This document shows positions 9,622 through 18,292 of a DNA stretch of 51,991 nt, piece by piece (position 1 is the first letter of the stretch; every line of letters starts with the position of its first letter). The stretch spans positions 1-51,991 of the forward strand of contig JADFPY010000002.1 of NCBI GenBank assembly GCA_022562085.1. The letters run 5' to 3'. Origin of the DNA: Candidatus Zhuqueibacterota bacterium (GTDB taxonomy: Bacteria; Zhuqueibacterota; Zhuqueibacteria; Oceanimicrobiales; Oceanimicrobiaceae). A model generated the notes under the pieces. It did no database searches. It saw nothing but the letters and a program-made list of their open reading frames with translations, and had not been told where the DNA came from. A program made the translations under genes and the position numbers.

Positions 9622-12600
9622 TCAAAACAGGAATTTCTTCTTCTTGGCCGCTTGCTTCTGTGCCCCATATTTTTCGAGCACAAATTCTTGAAATAAGCTT
9701 GAGAAAATCAGCGACTGTTCATCTTGCACTTTTATGTACCCTGCCTTGACTAACCTGCTTAATATATACTCTTGCGACTTATGAAGTCTCTTGCCGTGGG
9801 ACAGGCACAAGAAGACTTCGCGCTGATCCTCGTCGCAAATATCCCAAATCTGCTGGAAGTGTACTTTGGCTTCGTCCAGGAACTCCTCGCGCACTTTATC
9901 AAGAATGGCCTCATCGATATTCTCACCGGAGGAGACGTATTCGAAAAGGATTGCGCAGGCGATTTGAATAAAAAATGGATAGTATCCGGCAACATCGATA
10001 ATAAAAGGAGCATAAGGTTTGAGAGGGCCACCGCAAGCGCTGGAAGGCGTACTAATCAACTCTATCGCCTCGTTTTCACGGAGCTGCGACAAAGTGATAT
10101 TGGAAAATATATTAAAAAAAGGCGAGTAAGAAATTTCACTGCTGTGGCAGAGATCCTGAAGATTTTTCCCTGACGAGACAATATAGGCGATGTTGAAATT
10201 GTTGGCGATCGATCTGAAAAAGGAGAAGAATTCCATGTCGAAATTTGGATTTTTGGTCACAACCTCAAATTCATCAAATATCATGATGATCTTTAAACCA
10301 TTTTGATCCAGGGCGGAAACGAGTTTCTTGAAATCCTGGTAGTCCGGTTGCAAATTGGAATCCAAATCCAAATCCTTTTTGCATTCGCGCAATAATGACT
10401 TAATGATAAATTCGAGAAATTGCGGGATATCGATTTGTTGTTTTTCCTGAAAATCTATAAAGATGAATAAGTAGTCGTTGACATGTCGCAGGTATTTCGT
10501 GCGGTTCTCCGGATGATAAATGTAATGGAGGAGAGATGATTTTCCAATTCGACGTTCTCCAACGATAGAAATCGACTGCGGCCGTGATGCTCCGATGCGC
10601 GCACAAATCTTCTTGACTTCGCTCTTGCGGCCGTAGAAGTCATCAATATTCCGAATCATGACGCGATTCAAATAGGGATTCTTGAGCTCTATCGTAGGCG
10701 ATTCTTCCAGGGCTCGTTCTGACACGCCTGGCTGAGACGTATCGGGAGTGTCCTGCGCAACCAGCTCTGTCTTACGTTCTGGAAAATCAAGCGCAGCTAA
10801 ATCGGCGACTTCGTTTGAATCGATTTCTTCTTTGCCCTGCCTTTCATCCCTAATCAAAGAGGATTCCGGGAAAGCCTTAATCTGCTGATAACGGCCCGGC
10901 ATCAGTCTGGCCTTGACACTTTTAAGCAAGCTGTCAAGATCGTATCCTACCACATACAAACAAGGCACGAGAACCAGAGTAAGTGGCGTTGAAAAAAGCA
11001 GGCCGTAACCCAACGCTAGCGCCATGGGAGACATGTAAGCATCCTGGCCTCCTAGCCCGTACACCAGGGGGACAAGGCCGGCAACTGTCGTGAGTGTTGT
11101 CATGATGATAGCGCGCAACCGGTCTGCGGTCCCTTCTGCCACGATCTTCCTGATTCCCTCGTTAGGTTTGTCCTTACGGAGTTGATTTACATGACTAACC
11201 AGCACGAGCGAATCGTTGACTACAACACCTACAAGGCCGACCGCACCCAATATGCCGAGAAAACTGAACGGTTCACCATGCAGGACAAATGCCCAAATAA
11301 CCCCGATAATGCCAAATGGCACCGCCACGAGAACCATGAACGGCATGGTCATGGAGTTGAAGAGAAGAACCAGCAAGAAATAGATGCCGATGATTGCAAT
11401 CCCGAATGTGAGCAAAAGGCCCGCAAGCGATTCCTGCTGTTCCTGCGCCTTGCCGCCGATGACTAGCTGCAGGCCCGGGTATTCCTTGTCCAAATTGAAA
11501 TGAGCCAGGACTTGTTGAGCAGCCGCGAGAGCGGTGGTTTCCTGTTGAAAAAGGTCCGCTGAAACAGTTATTGAACGTTCACCTTCATAATGCCGAAACT
11601 CTGCCGGGCCGGGCACGATATTAAGGCGGGTTACGTCCTTCAACGGAATCAGTCGTCCCTGGCGATTCGGGACGGTAAGTCTCCTTAAATATGACAAACT
11701 CTTCCGCGCCTTTTCCTGCAGAACGACCCGAAAATTAACGTCTTCTTCGCCGTAGCGAATACTTGTGACAACCTCTCCGTCATAGGCAATACGCACGGTT
11801 TGCGCAATGTCAGCGGCCGTTAAACCCAGCCGGGCCAGTTTGTCGTAGTTGGGTTTAATATCCACCTGCTTCTTGCCTACCTTATCATCGCGCTGGACAT
11901 CCTTGACGCCTGGTATGGTCTGAAGAAACGCGTAAACGGAATCCGCCAAGGTTTTTCGCAAAGCATCGTCCGAGCCAACGATGCGTACTACAACAGGCTT
12001 GCCAACGCGGGGTCCGCCCACCTCTATGCGGAAGGAGGTCGTGCGAAAAACATCCAGGTCGTCGATCTGGCGCCGCAGACCCTCTACGATCTCATCCGCT
12101 GTCCTCTCCCGCTCGGAGAAGGGGGTGAGGTTAACGTAAATAAATGCGTAGTTTTCGCTTACAATATCTACCGAATCGCCATAGCGACCGAGACGCGTTA
12201 CGAATGAAGCCAGATCGACTTTAGGTAAATCGGACAGCATCTCTTCAACTTTTTTCGTCTGGTCAGAAGTAGCTTGTAAGGATGTGCCGGTCGGCAACTC
12301 CAAAGTAATAAAAAATTGCTCCGCACCTTTGGTTGGGAAAAGAACAAAATGCATCACATTTTTAGCATACCATAGTGAGCCGGCGAGGAGCACAATGGCG
12401 AGTAAAACGAGAAGGTATCGCCATCGCAGCAAATGAAACGAGATGCGCTCGAACGAATTCCGCACCGGGTCAAACCAGCTCCGGCCGGTTGAACGCCCTG
12501 ATTTGGCTTTGAGTTTTTGCATTCCTGGAACCAAATGAGCCGGCAGCGCAATCACTATTTCTCCGAGCGAGATGAGTAACGCCAGACTAACCGTCAAGGG

Positions 12601-13986
12601 AATGACGTAGATGAATTTTCCCATCAACCCCGGCATAAAAAACATGGGCGCAAAAGCCAGGAAAGTGGTCAGAATCGTCGTTAGCACCGGGCGAAAAACT
12701 TCATTAATTCCATTAACAGCTGCGTCCAGAGGAGAGTCCCCCAGCTCCCAGCGACGATAAATATTCTCAGATATGATAATGCCATCGTCCACGATAATAC
12801 CAAGGACAAGAATCATGGCGCTCAAGGTTATCCCATCCAGATAGGTGCCGAAAACGGGCAGCAGAAAGATGACGCCGAGCATAGCTACCGGGATGCCAAG
12901 CGCCACCCAAAAAGCAGTGCGAAGGTCTAGGAAAAACGCCAGCATCAGCACAACTAAGAGCAGACCGATAATGCCGTTTGAAAGCACAATATCGAACTTG
13001 CTGCGCACATATTTTGACACATCGCTGGAGTATAAGATTTCGACCTCATCGAGCAGATTTTTTCTTTCGACCTCAATAAGATCTTTGATGGCGTCAACGG
13101 TTCGGATAACGTCGGCCCCCTCACTCTTAAGCACCACAAATGAAATGACAGCTTTTCTGTCCATCCGTGACATAATTCTCTCTTCTTCAAAGTCGTCCTT
13201 GATAATGGCCAGATCTTTGACTTTTACGTTTGGGCCTTCAAATGTGCTGCGAACGATGACATTTCCCACTTCCAGTGGGTTGCTGAATTCGCTCAGCATG
13301 ACGATATTTTTTTCATCGGTGTACGATTCTATCGAGCCGCCGCGAGCGCTCATCGTTCGTGCCCGGATGGCCATAATGATTTCGCGCAATGGCAGCTGAT
13401 AGCGATTCATCAAAGCAGGAGAAACTTCAATTTTGATTTCGCGAGCGCGATAACCATATCGCTTTACCCGCGCCACACCCTTGATGTTTTTCAGTTTTTT
13501 CTCAAAAAGACGCGCGTGCTCGCGGAGTGCTGGATAAGGAAGGTTGCCGGAGAGTCCGACCTCAATGATGGGAAAAATGGAAGTCTTTAGCTCGGTGATC
13601 AACGGTGCTTCGGTTACTTCCGGGGGCAAGTCTGACACGCGGGCAACCGCCTCTCGGATCTCATCTACAACCTCATTCAGATCCTGCACATTGGGCTCGA
13701 TAGTGACTTCCATGAATGAGCTATTCTCCATCGAGATCGATGTCACTTCCTTGACATCGGTGACACTCTTTAACTCTTCCTCAATCTTGTTGGTAACGTT
13801 GAGCTCCACTTCCTCAGCTGAGGCCCCGGGATAATAGGTGGTAATAAACAGTCGGCCGAAATCGACGGCGGGGTATTGATCACGGTTAATGAACGTTAAG
13901 GTTGCCAGTCCAAAGATGATGACGCCGCCGGTAAAAAGATTCGCCACAATATGTCGTTCAATGAAGAATCTAAAGAGGGATTCCAT
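9622..13986 (-). CDS. Efflux RND permease (AcrB/HAE-type, ~1030 aa) fused through an acidic linker to a C-terminal Arch_ATPase/STAND-like P-loop ATPase module (352 aa)
   Basis: Uninterrupted 1454-aa ORF. The N-terminus MESLFRFFIERHIVANLF..., the two large loop regions and the TM bundles are typical of RND permeases, ending near LVPCLYVVGYDL. The linker is ...DERQGKEEIDSNEVADLAALDFPERK... The module follows: NPYLNRVMIRNIDDFYGRKSEV, Walker A GERRIGKS (nt 10537-10560), Walker B IIMIFDEFE, and a winged-helix-like C-terminus. Confidence 0.85.
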   Translation of the reverse strand: MESLFRFFIERHIVANLFTGGVIIFGLATLTFINRDQYPAVDFGRLFITTYYPGASAEEVELNVTNKIEEELKSVTDVKEVTSISMENSSFMEVTIEPNVQDLNEVVDEIREAVARVSDLPPEVTEAPLITELKTSIFPIIEVGLSGNLPYPALREHARLFEKKLKNIKGVARVKRYGYRAREIKIEVSPALMNRYQLPLREIIMAIRARTMSARGGSIESYTDEKNIVMLSEFSNPLEVGNVIVRSTFEGPNVKVKDLAIIKDDFEEERIMSRMDRKAVISFVVLKSEGADVIRTVDAIKDLIEVERKNLLDEVEILYSSDVSKYVRSKFDIVLSNGIIGLLLVVLMLAFFLDLRTAFWVALGIPVAMLGVIFLLPVFGTYLDGITLSAMILVLGIIVDDGIIISENIYRRWELGDSPLDAAVNGINEVFRPVLTTILTTFLAFAPMFFMPGLMGKFIYVIPLTVSLALLISLGEIVIALPAHLVPGMQKLKAKSGRSTGRSWFDPVRNSFERISFHLLRWRYLLVLLAIVLLAGSLWYAKNVMHFVLFPTKGAEQFFITLELPTGTSLQATSDQTKKVEEMLSDLPKVDLASFVTRLGRYGDSVDIVSENYAFIYVNLTPFSERERTADEIVEGLRRQIDDLDVFRTTSFRIEVGGPRVGKPVVVRIVGSDDALRKTLADSVYAFLQTIPGVKDVQRDDKVGKKQVDIKPNYDKLARLGLTAADIAQTVRIAYDGEVVTSIRYGEEDVNFRVVLQEKARKSLSYLRRLTVPNRQGRLIPLKDVTRLNIVPGPAEFRHYEGERSITVSADLFQQETTALAAAQQVLAHFNLDKEYPGLQLVIGGKAQEQQESLAGLLLTFGIAIIGIYFLLVLLFNSMTMPFMVLVAVPFGIIGVIWAFVLHGEPFSFLGILGAVGLVGVVVNDSLVLVSHVNQLRKDKPNEGIRKIVAEGTADRLRAIIMTTLTTVAGLVPLVYGLGGQDAYMSPMALALGYGLLFSTPLTLVLVPCLYVVGYDLDSLLKSVKARLMPGRYQQIKAFPESSLIRDERQGKEEIDSNEVADLAALDFPERKTELVAQDTPDTSQPGVSERALEESPTIELKNPYLNRVMIRNIDDFYGRKSEVKKICARIGASRPQSISIVGERRIGKSSLLHYIYHPENRTKYLRHVNDYLFIFIDFQEKQQIDIPQFLEFIIKSLLRECKKDLDLDSNLQPDYQDFKKLVSALDQNGLKIIMIFDEFEVVTKNPNFDMEFFSFFRSIANNFNIAYIVSSGKNLQDLCHSSEISYSPFFNIFSNITLSQLRENEAIELISTPSSACGGPLKPYAPFIIDVAGYYPFFIQIACAILFEYVSSGENIDEAILDKVREEFLDEAKVHFQQIWDICDEDQREVFLCLSHGKRLHKSQEYILSRLVKAGYIKVQDEQSLIFSSLFQEFVLEKYGAQKQAAKKKKFLF
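9625..10680 (-). other. ATPase module copy 1 (domain of the RND fusion protein)
   Basis: 352 aa from NPYLNRV to KKKKFLF. It aligns collinearly with the 352-aa module at 24928-25983, at roughly 60 percent identity counted by eye. Confidence 0.8.
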
Positions 13987-14220
13987 CTATTCGTGTTCTC
14001 CTATCCAGAAAACCGTGATCGTGCAACTGAAGGTTGGTCTGGGTGCAGGTAAAGGAGGATTCGCTCACTCCTTTGATTTCGAAGACTCAACTGTTGGTCA
14101 CGTTGCAATTCTTGAATCCGTGGCCCGACTCAGTAGTCAGCCGGAAGGGTCTGGTACCAGCATTTTCGAGATGCGGGCAGACCTTTAGGAAAAATCAGAG
14201 GCATAGTAGCCAGAATTATC

Positions 14221-16038
14221 TCAAGTAGCTGTTTTTTTGATCACCACAGGATCTTCGATGAAATGAGTCTGGACATCCATTACGGGTTCAAACCAGGACT
14301 CCCCGGCCTCAGCTTCCTTGACGAAACGCCATTTTTTACAGACCTTTCTTACGCCTACCGGGTAAACGGTTAGATCCCCTTTCTTGTTAAAATGCAATCG
14401 CAGGAAATTTTTATAATCTGCGATGCTGAGTGAGGAAAACCCTGTATCACTATGAAAACGCAAGAGGAGGTTTGCAACCAACAGGTAGATTCCCATGACG
14501 AAGCCACCAAGCAACCCGCCGACAACAAACATTTCCGCGCCGAAGAGGAGCACGTGTGCCGGGTTACCGATCGTCATCTGCCAGATCGTAAGATTGAGAT
14601 AAGCAAACAGCCAAATCAGTCCCATATTCAGCGCCACATGGGTTAAGCCATGTAGACAACCGAAACTGAATTTCAAAAAAGCTCTTTTTGCATCACAAAA
14701 AGCTACCATGCCAAAAACCAGCACCAGGAGCAATACCATGTTCAAGGGGCTAACAATGAGCACTGAATAAAAGGTGCGGATGACTTCTCCAATCTCCCCT
14801 GGTCTGGGAGTAAGCTGCATCAATTTCTGCATGAGTGACACCTCATAAATGCTACTACTGCTCTGGAATATCCATGCAGACAACAAGTAGTAACTACCGA
14901 GGAATCGTGATAAACGCCAGTTTTTGAAAGAGAACAGCAGGTTTCGGAAGGCTAACCAGCGCGAGGTTGCAGGGCTGGGGAAAATGGCGCGGCGTGAGTA
15001 TTTCACTTTGAATTCGCCTTCATCTAGTTCCAGAGCATCAGGAATGCGATGGGGCGGGTGTAAAAAAGCGCCACCGCCACCGGCGATGATTTTCTGTCGT
15101 GTGCCACTTTCGTCCTGATGGCGGCAGTAGAGATGCTGATCGCCAGTCAGGTTCAGGCCAAGGATACCGCCGTGCTTGCGAATCACATTTCGTTCAAAGT
15201 AGGCTATGTTATGGTACGCGTCGGGACTCTTGGTGACGGTATAAATCCAACTTGGCTCCGCGGTACACAAAATAATTCGATCATTCCGTTTCATCTGTTT
15301 CTTTGCGATGTCTACGAAGTAGTTGAGCTGGGGCTTGTCAATGTACGCGTCGAGCTGCGTATCGACACCCCACAGCCACCAATTGTGCGGGAGTTTGATG
15401 GCAAAGTAACTACGAGATTGCTGAGTCTGCCAACCGCCGATCCAGCGTTTTTGACAGAAGAGACGTGTAAAACTGGTCAAACCGTCGTACCAATCATGGT
15501 TGCCGGGAATGGCATACAGGTGCGGTGCTTGTTCGTATATGACCCAGGGCAGAGCAGATTGATAAGGACCCACAGTGCGATCGCTGTAAGCCTCGCGCCC
15601 CGGTGTGGGATAGACTTCATCTCCACCCATGATCAGAAAGCGCCCCCTTTGCGTTTCAACTTGTTTGCCGTTGTGGTTGAAGACGAGCCGGGCCTTGGAC
15701 AGCAGTTTTGCAATCGTATAGGTCGAGTTCCAGCCGTCGCCAATATCCGCAACATAGTCAAACCAAAGTTCTTTTTCTGTACTGTAATCGTGCAGATCGG
15801 GTCGGTCCAAAGATCCCTGGATTTCACGCTTATCGGCGTACGCACCAAAGATAATCGAGAGCAGAGCCCGAATGGCTGTAATAATCAATTGCATCGGGTC
15901 AAACCAGCCAACCATCGGTTTGCGCGCAAAACCCAGATCCTTCTTTTTTTGCGATTTTGGTCGTTGGCCACCCACAAACGGGCTGGGACCGACAGACGCA
16001 AAGGCTCTCTTCAATTCTGATCGGAGCGGTCGCTCCAT
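14221..16038 (-). CDS. Calcineurin-like metallophosphoesterase with a C-terminal polytopic membrane domain
   Basis: Metallophosphoesterase motifs ADIGDGWN, GGDEVYP and IPGNHDWYDG. The C-terminal third has about 5-6 hydrophobic helices (LLVLVFGMVAF, LIWLFAYLNLTIW, FVVGGLLGGFVMGIYLLVANLLL). Confidence 0.75.
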   Translation of the reverse strand: MERPLRSELKRAFASVGPSPFVGGQRPKSQKKKDLGFARKPMVGWFDPMQLIITAIRALLSIIFGAYADKREIQGSLDRPDLHDYSTEKELWFDYVADIGDGWNSTYTIAKLLSKARLVFNHNGKQVETQRGRFLIMGGDEVYPTPGREAYSDRTVGPYQSALPWVIYEQAPHLYAIPGNHDWYDGLTSFTRLFCQKRWIGGWQTQQSRSYFAIKLPHNWWLWGVDTQLDAYIDKPQLNYFVDIAKKQMKRNDRIILCTAEPSWIYTVTKSPDAYHNIAYFERNVIRKHGGILGLNLTGDQHLYCRHQDESGTRQKIIAGGGGAFLHPPHRIPDALELDEGEFKVKYSRRAIFPSPATSRWLAFRNLLFSFKNWRLSRFLGSYYLLSAWIFQSSSSIYEVSLMQKLMQLTPRPGEIGEVIRTFYSVLIVSPLNMVLLLVLVFGMVAFCDAKRAFLKFSFGCLHGLTHVALNMGLIWLFAYLNLTIWQMTIGNPAHVLLFGAEMFVVGGLLGGFVMGIYLLVANLLLRFHSDTGFSSLSIADYKNFLRLHFNKKGDLTVYPVGVRKVCKKWRFVKEAEAGESWFEPVMDVQTHFIEDPVVIKKTAT

Positions 16039-16364
16039 AACATCGCCTCTTAGGTTAATTAATTATGGGCTTAAACCACTACCATTGCGATGGCTCTCTC
16101 AAAAAGGATGTCCCGTTCAGGAATTATTTAAATTACGTACCTCCCTAACGCGGACAAACCGCAAATCTCAAAAAACAAACTACAAATAAAACTCAAATAC
16201 CAAATTCCAATAAAACCATAACTTTCAGTGATTTTGTTTGAAAATTTGAAAATTGGATTTTGGAAATTACTTGTTATTTGTGATTTCAAATTCTGCCAAA
16301 AAATGGCAGAAAATTACTTGTCAGTTACTAAAAGGTACCCTTGAGATCGATCAAGAGGTATGTA

Positions 16365-16585
16365 ATGAGTAGATTGAAAAAGTTATCACATACGCTTTAC
16401 AAATGCAAGTTTTATATGGCATTTTGTCCGAAATATATCGTTCTCGGAAACTTCAAAGGTGATTATCACTGAATATGCGCGTCAGCTATTGTGTTGCTCG
16501 TAGTTAGTATCCCACAGCCTTGACCAGGAGGTCAATCATGGAATCCAACAATATGAGTGCTCATGTCTTCCTATTTATGCGGTAG
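16365..16585 (+). pseudogene. Decayed N-terminal remnant of an IS200/IS605-family Y1 (HUH) transposase tnpA
   Basis: Three frame-shifted pieces. MSRLKKLSHTLYKCKFYMAFCPKY (16365-16472) resembles the IS200 TnpA N-terminus (..LaHT.w.CKYHIVF.PKY..). TEYARQLLC lies at 16468-16503. IMESNNMSAHVFLFMR (to 16585) resembles ..E...aDHIHML.. Both His-containing motifs are degraded. An 8-bp-stem hairpin TTCTGCCA-AAAAA-TGGCAGAA at 16291-16311 lies upstream. The remnant is truncated where the 3' end of the next gene begins. Confidence 0.45.
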
Positions 16586-18220
16586 TCCGATCCCATATCT
16601 TCCTGGCGAGATAACGTGATGCGGATCGAGGGCCTGCTTGATTTTGTTTGCCAGCTTTTGAAATTCCGGCGTGCAGTTTAATATTTCGTCATAGTAAGCT
16701 ACGGTGGTCCGGTATTGCTGATAACCTTGCTCAAGAAGAACTGTGGCCAGCTCCTTGCGTAGAGCTTGCGCTCGTTTCGCTTCATCTGCGTTGGTTTTGT
16801 CGTAGAAGATAGCTTGCAACGTTAATGCGCAACGCGGGTTAATCATGACAAATGTACAGGCAAAATCGAATCCATGTTTGTGAAAGATCTCAGTGCACAA
16901 CTCCTTCAATTTATCTATTTCACTTCCAGTCAATGGCACGATGCAGGAAAACCAGACGAACCCCGTACCATCGCGCGCCGGGTCTAAATTCTCCGTGGGG
17001 GCAGGTGTCTGGGATTTGAAGTAAGCAATTCTCAAAACATATTCTCCCGGGATACCTTTGAAAATGGGATAAACTTGCGGAAGTCCCTCAATTTTTTCGA
17101 GGGAAGCACTGGTCACTGACCTGAGAATGGAGTTGATCATCGGGAAATCCTTATACCTTCTCCAGAAACGGGTTATTTTCCCGACAATCTTCAGCTTGGC
17201 ATCATCCAAAAGATCGAACCGGCCGTACGGCTTCAGATGCTGTTTGAGAAGCTTAAGCTGTAACCGAACTTGCTTGCGGGTTCCATAGATGCCACCTGAG
17301 AGTAACCATGGCGATATGAGGTACTTCTCCCTGACCGAGGCCATTTCTTTTGCAGAGAGGTAGGTTTGCCCATCTGCCAACCGGTCGTAGGGATAGGGCT
17401 GCATGGCGGACAGAAAAAGTACATCATTTGTGAGGTGAACATTGCTTAGAAGGATTCGATTTAAGGACAAGCGGCGCAGTGTGTCTATCACTGCCGGCAG
17501 ATATTCCTCTTTTTCCAAATCAAGCAAAAACATGACGAACTTTTCGGGCTCGGGCATTAGCCAAATCCCGGCTTTGGTTACAATACCAAAGTTGGCCTGG
17601 GCGAACAGGCCCTCAATATACGGCCCGGTGCCCCATTTGTACACATTCGCAGTTCGCGAGTTTTCGGGTCCCCCTCCCGTGCGCAAAATCTCGCCTGACG
17701 GAAGAACGACTTCCATGCCGCACAGTTGACCAAAGTGATCCCAGTAAGGTGTATAACCAACGCCACGTTCCATGGCATTGCCAACGACACTTCCTTCGGG
17801 AGTTGCATCTGTGCAGTCGGTCCAGAGTTTGATATTGTTATGATCCAGATGCTCCCGGAGTTTCTTCTGGGTAACTCCAGGCTCGATTACGGCATAGGCC
17901 AATTCCTCGTTCACCTCGACGACACGATTCATGCGATCCAGCATCAAGATCACAGCCCCGGCCTCGAGCCCCATACTTGCACCATAACTCCAGTTCTTGC
18001 CTTTGCTGAATGGCCATATTGGGAATTTGTATCGGTTGGCCAGTTTCACAATCTGTGCAACTTCTTCGGTAGTGGCCGGGAAAACTACCGCCGCCGGTAT
18101 TTTTAACCATTCGCTTGTATCTGTAGAATACTTCTTGACATCTTCCGCGTCCGTAAGAACATGGCTGGTGCCGACAATTTGTCTGATCCCTTCTAAAGCT
18201 TTCTCTTCAACTCTCGCCAT
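16571..18220 (-). CDS. FAD-binding oxidase of the PCMH/VAO family (vanillyl-alcohol oxidase / 4-alkylphenol oxidase-like)
   Basis: N-terminal FAD_binding_4-type region PAAVVFPATTEEVAQIVKLANRYKFPIWPFSKGKNWSYG. 549 aa, the size of VAO/PCMH flavoproteins. Confidence 0.8.
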   Translation of the reverse strand: MARVEEKALEGIRQIVGTSHVLTDAEDVKKYSTDTSEWLKIPAAVVFPATTEEVAQIVKLANRYKFPIWPFSKGKNWSYGASMGLEAGAVILMLDRMNRVVEVNEELAYAVIEPGVTQKKLREHLDHNNIKLWTDCTDATPEGSVVGNAMERGVGYTPYWDHFGQLCGMEVVLPSGEILRTGGGPENSRTANVYKWGTGPYIEGLFAQANFGIVTKAGIWLMPEPEKFVMFLLDLEKEEYLPAVIDTLRRLSLNRILLSNVHLTNDVLFLSAMQPYPYDRLADGQTYLSAKEMASVREKYLISPWLLSGGIYGTRKQVRLQLKLLKQHLKPYGRFDLLDDAKLKIVGKITRFWRRYKDFPMINSILRSVTSASLEKIEGLPQVYPIFKGIPGEYVLRIAYFKSQTPAPTENLDPARDGTGFVWFSCIVPLTGSEIDKLKELCTEIFHKHGFDFACTFVMINPRCALTLQAIFYDKTNADEAKRAQALRKELATVLLEQGYQQYRTTVAYYDEILNCTPEFQKLANKIKQALDPHHVISPGRYGIGLPHK

Positions 18221-18292
18221 TTAGCTTCTCCAAAGTGAATATCCGCCCTTGTCTTCGTAGATAGTTCCATGTGGCAGGCTCGCTGAATTTAA

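Noticed and set aside
12845-13399. 184-aa plus-strand ORF, and others at 9772-10173, 11182-11466 and 13544-13834, inside the RND-ATPase gene
   Set aside because: They are antisense to a strongly supported 1454-aa CDS. Their Ser/Thr-rich low-complexity translations are shadow ORFs.
15118-16020. 300-aa plus-strand ORF, with smaller ones at 14924-15118 and 15872-16189, lying antisense to the metallophosphoesterase gene
   Set aside because: It lies entirely within a minus-strand gene that has clear catalytic motifs. Its translation is Arg/Val/Gln-rich with no recognisable motif. This is a typical shadow ORF.
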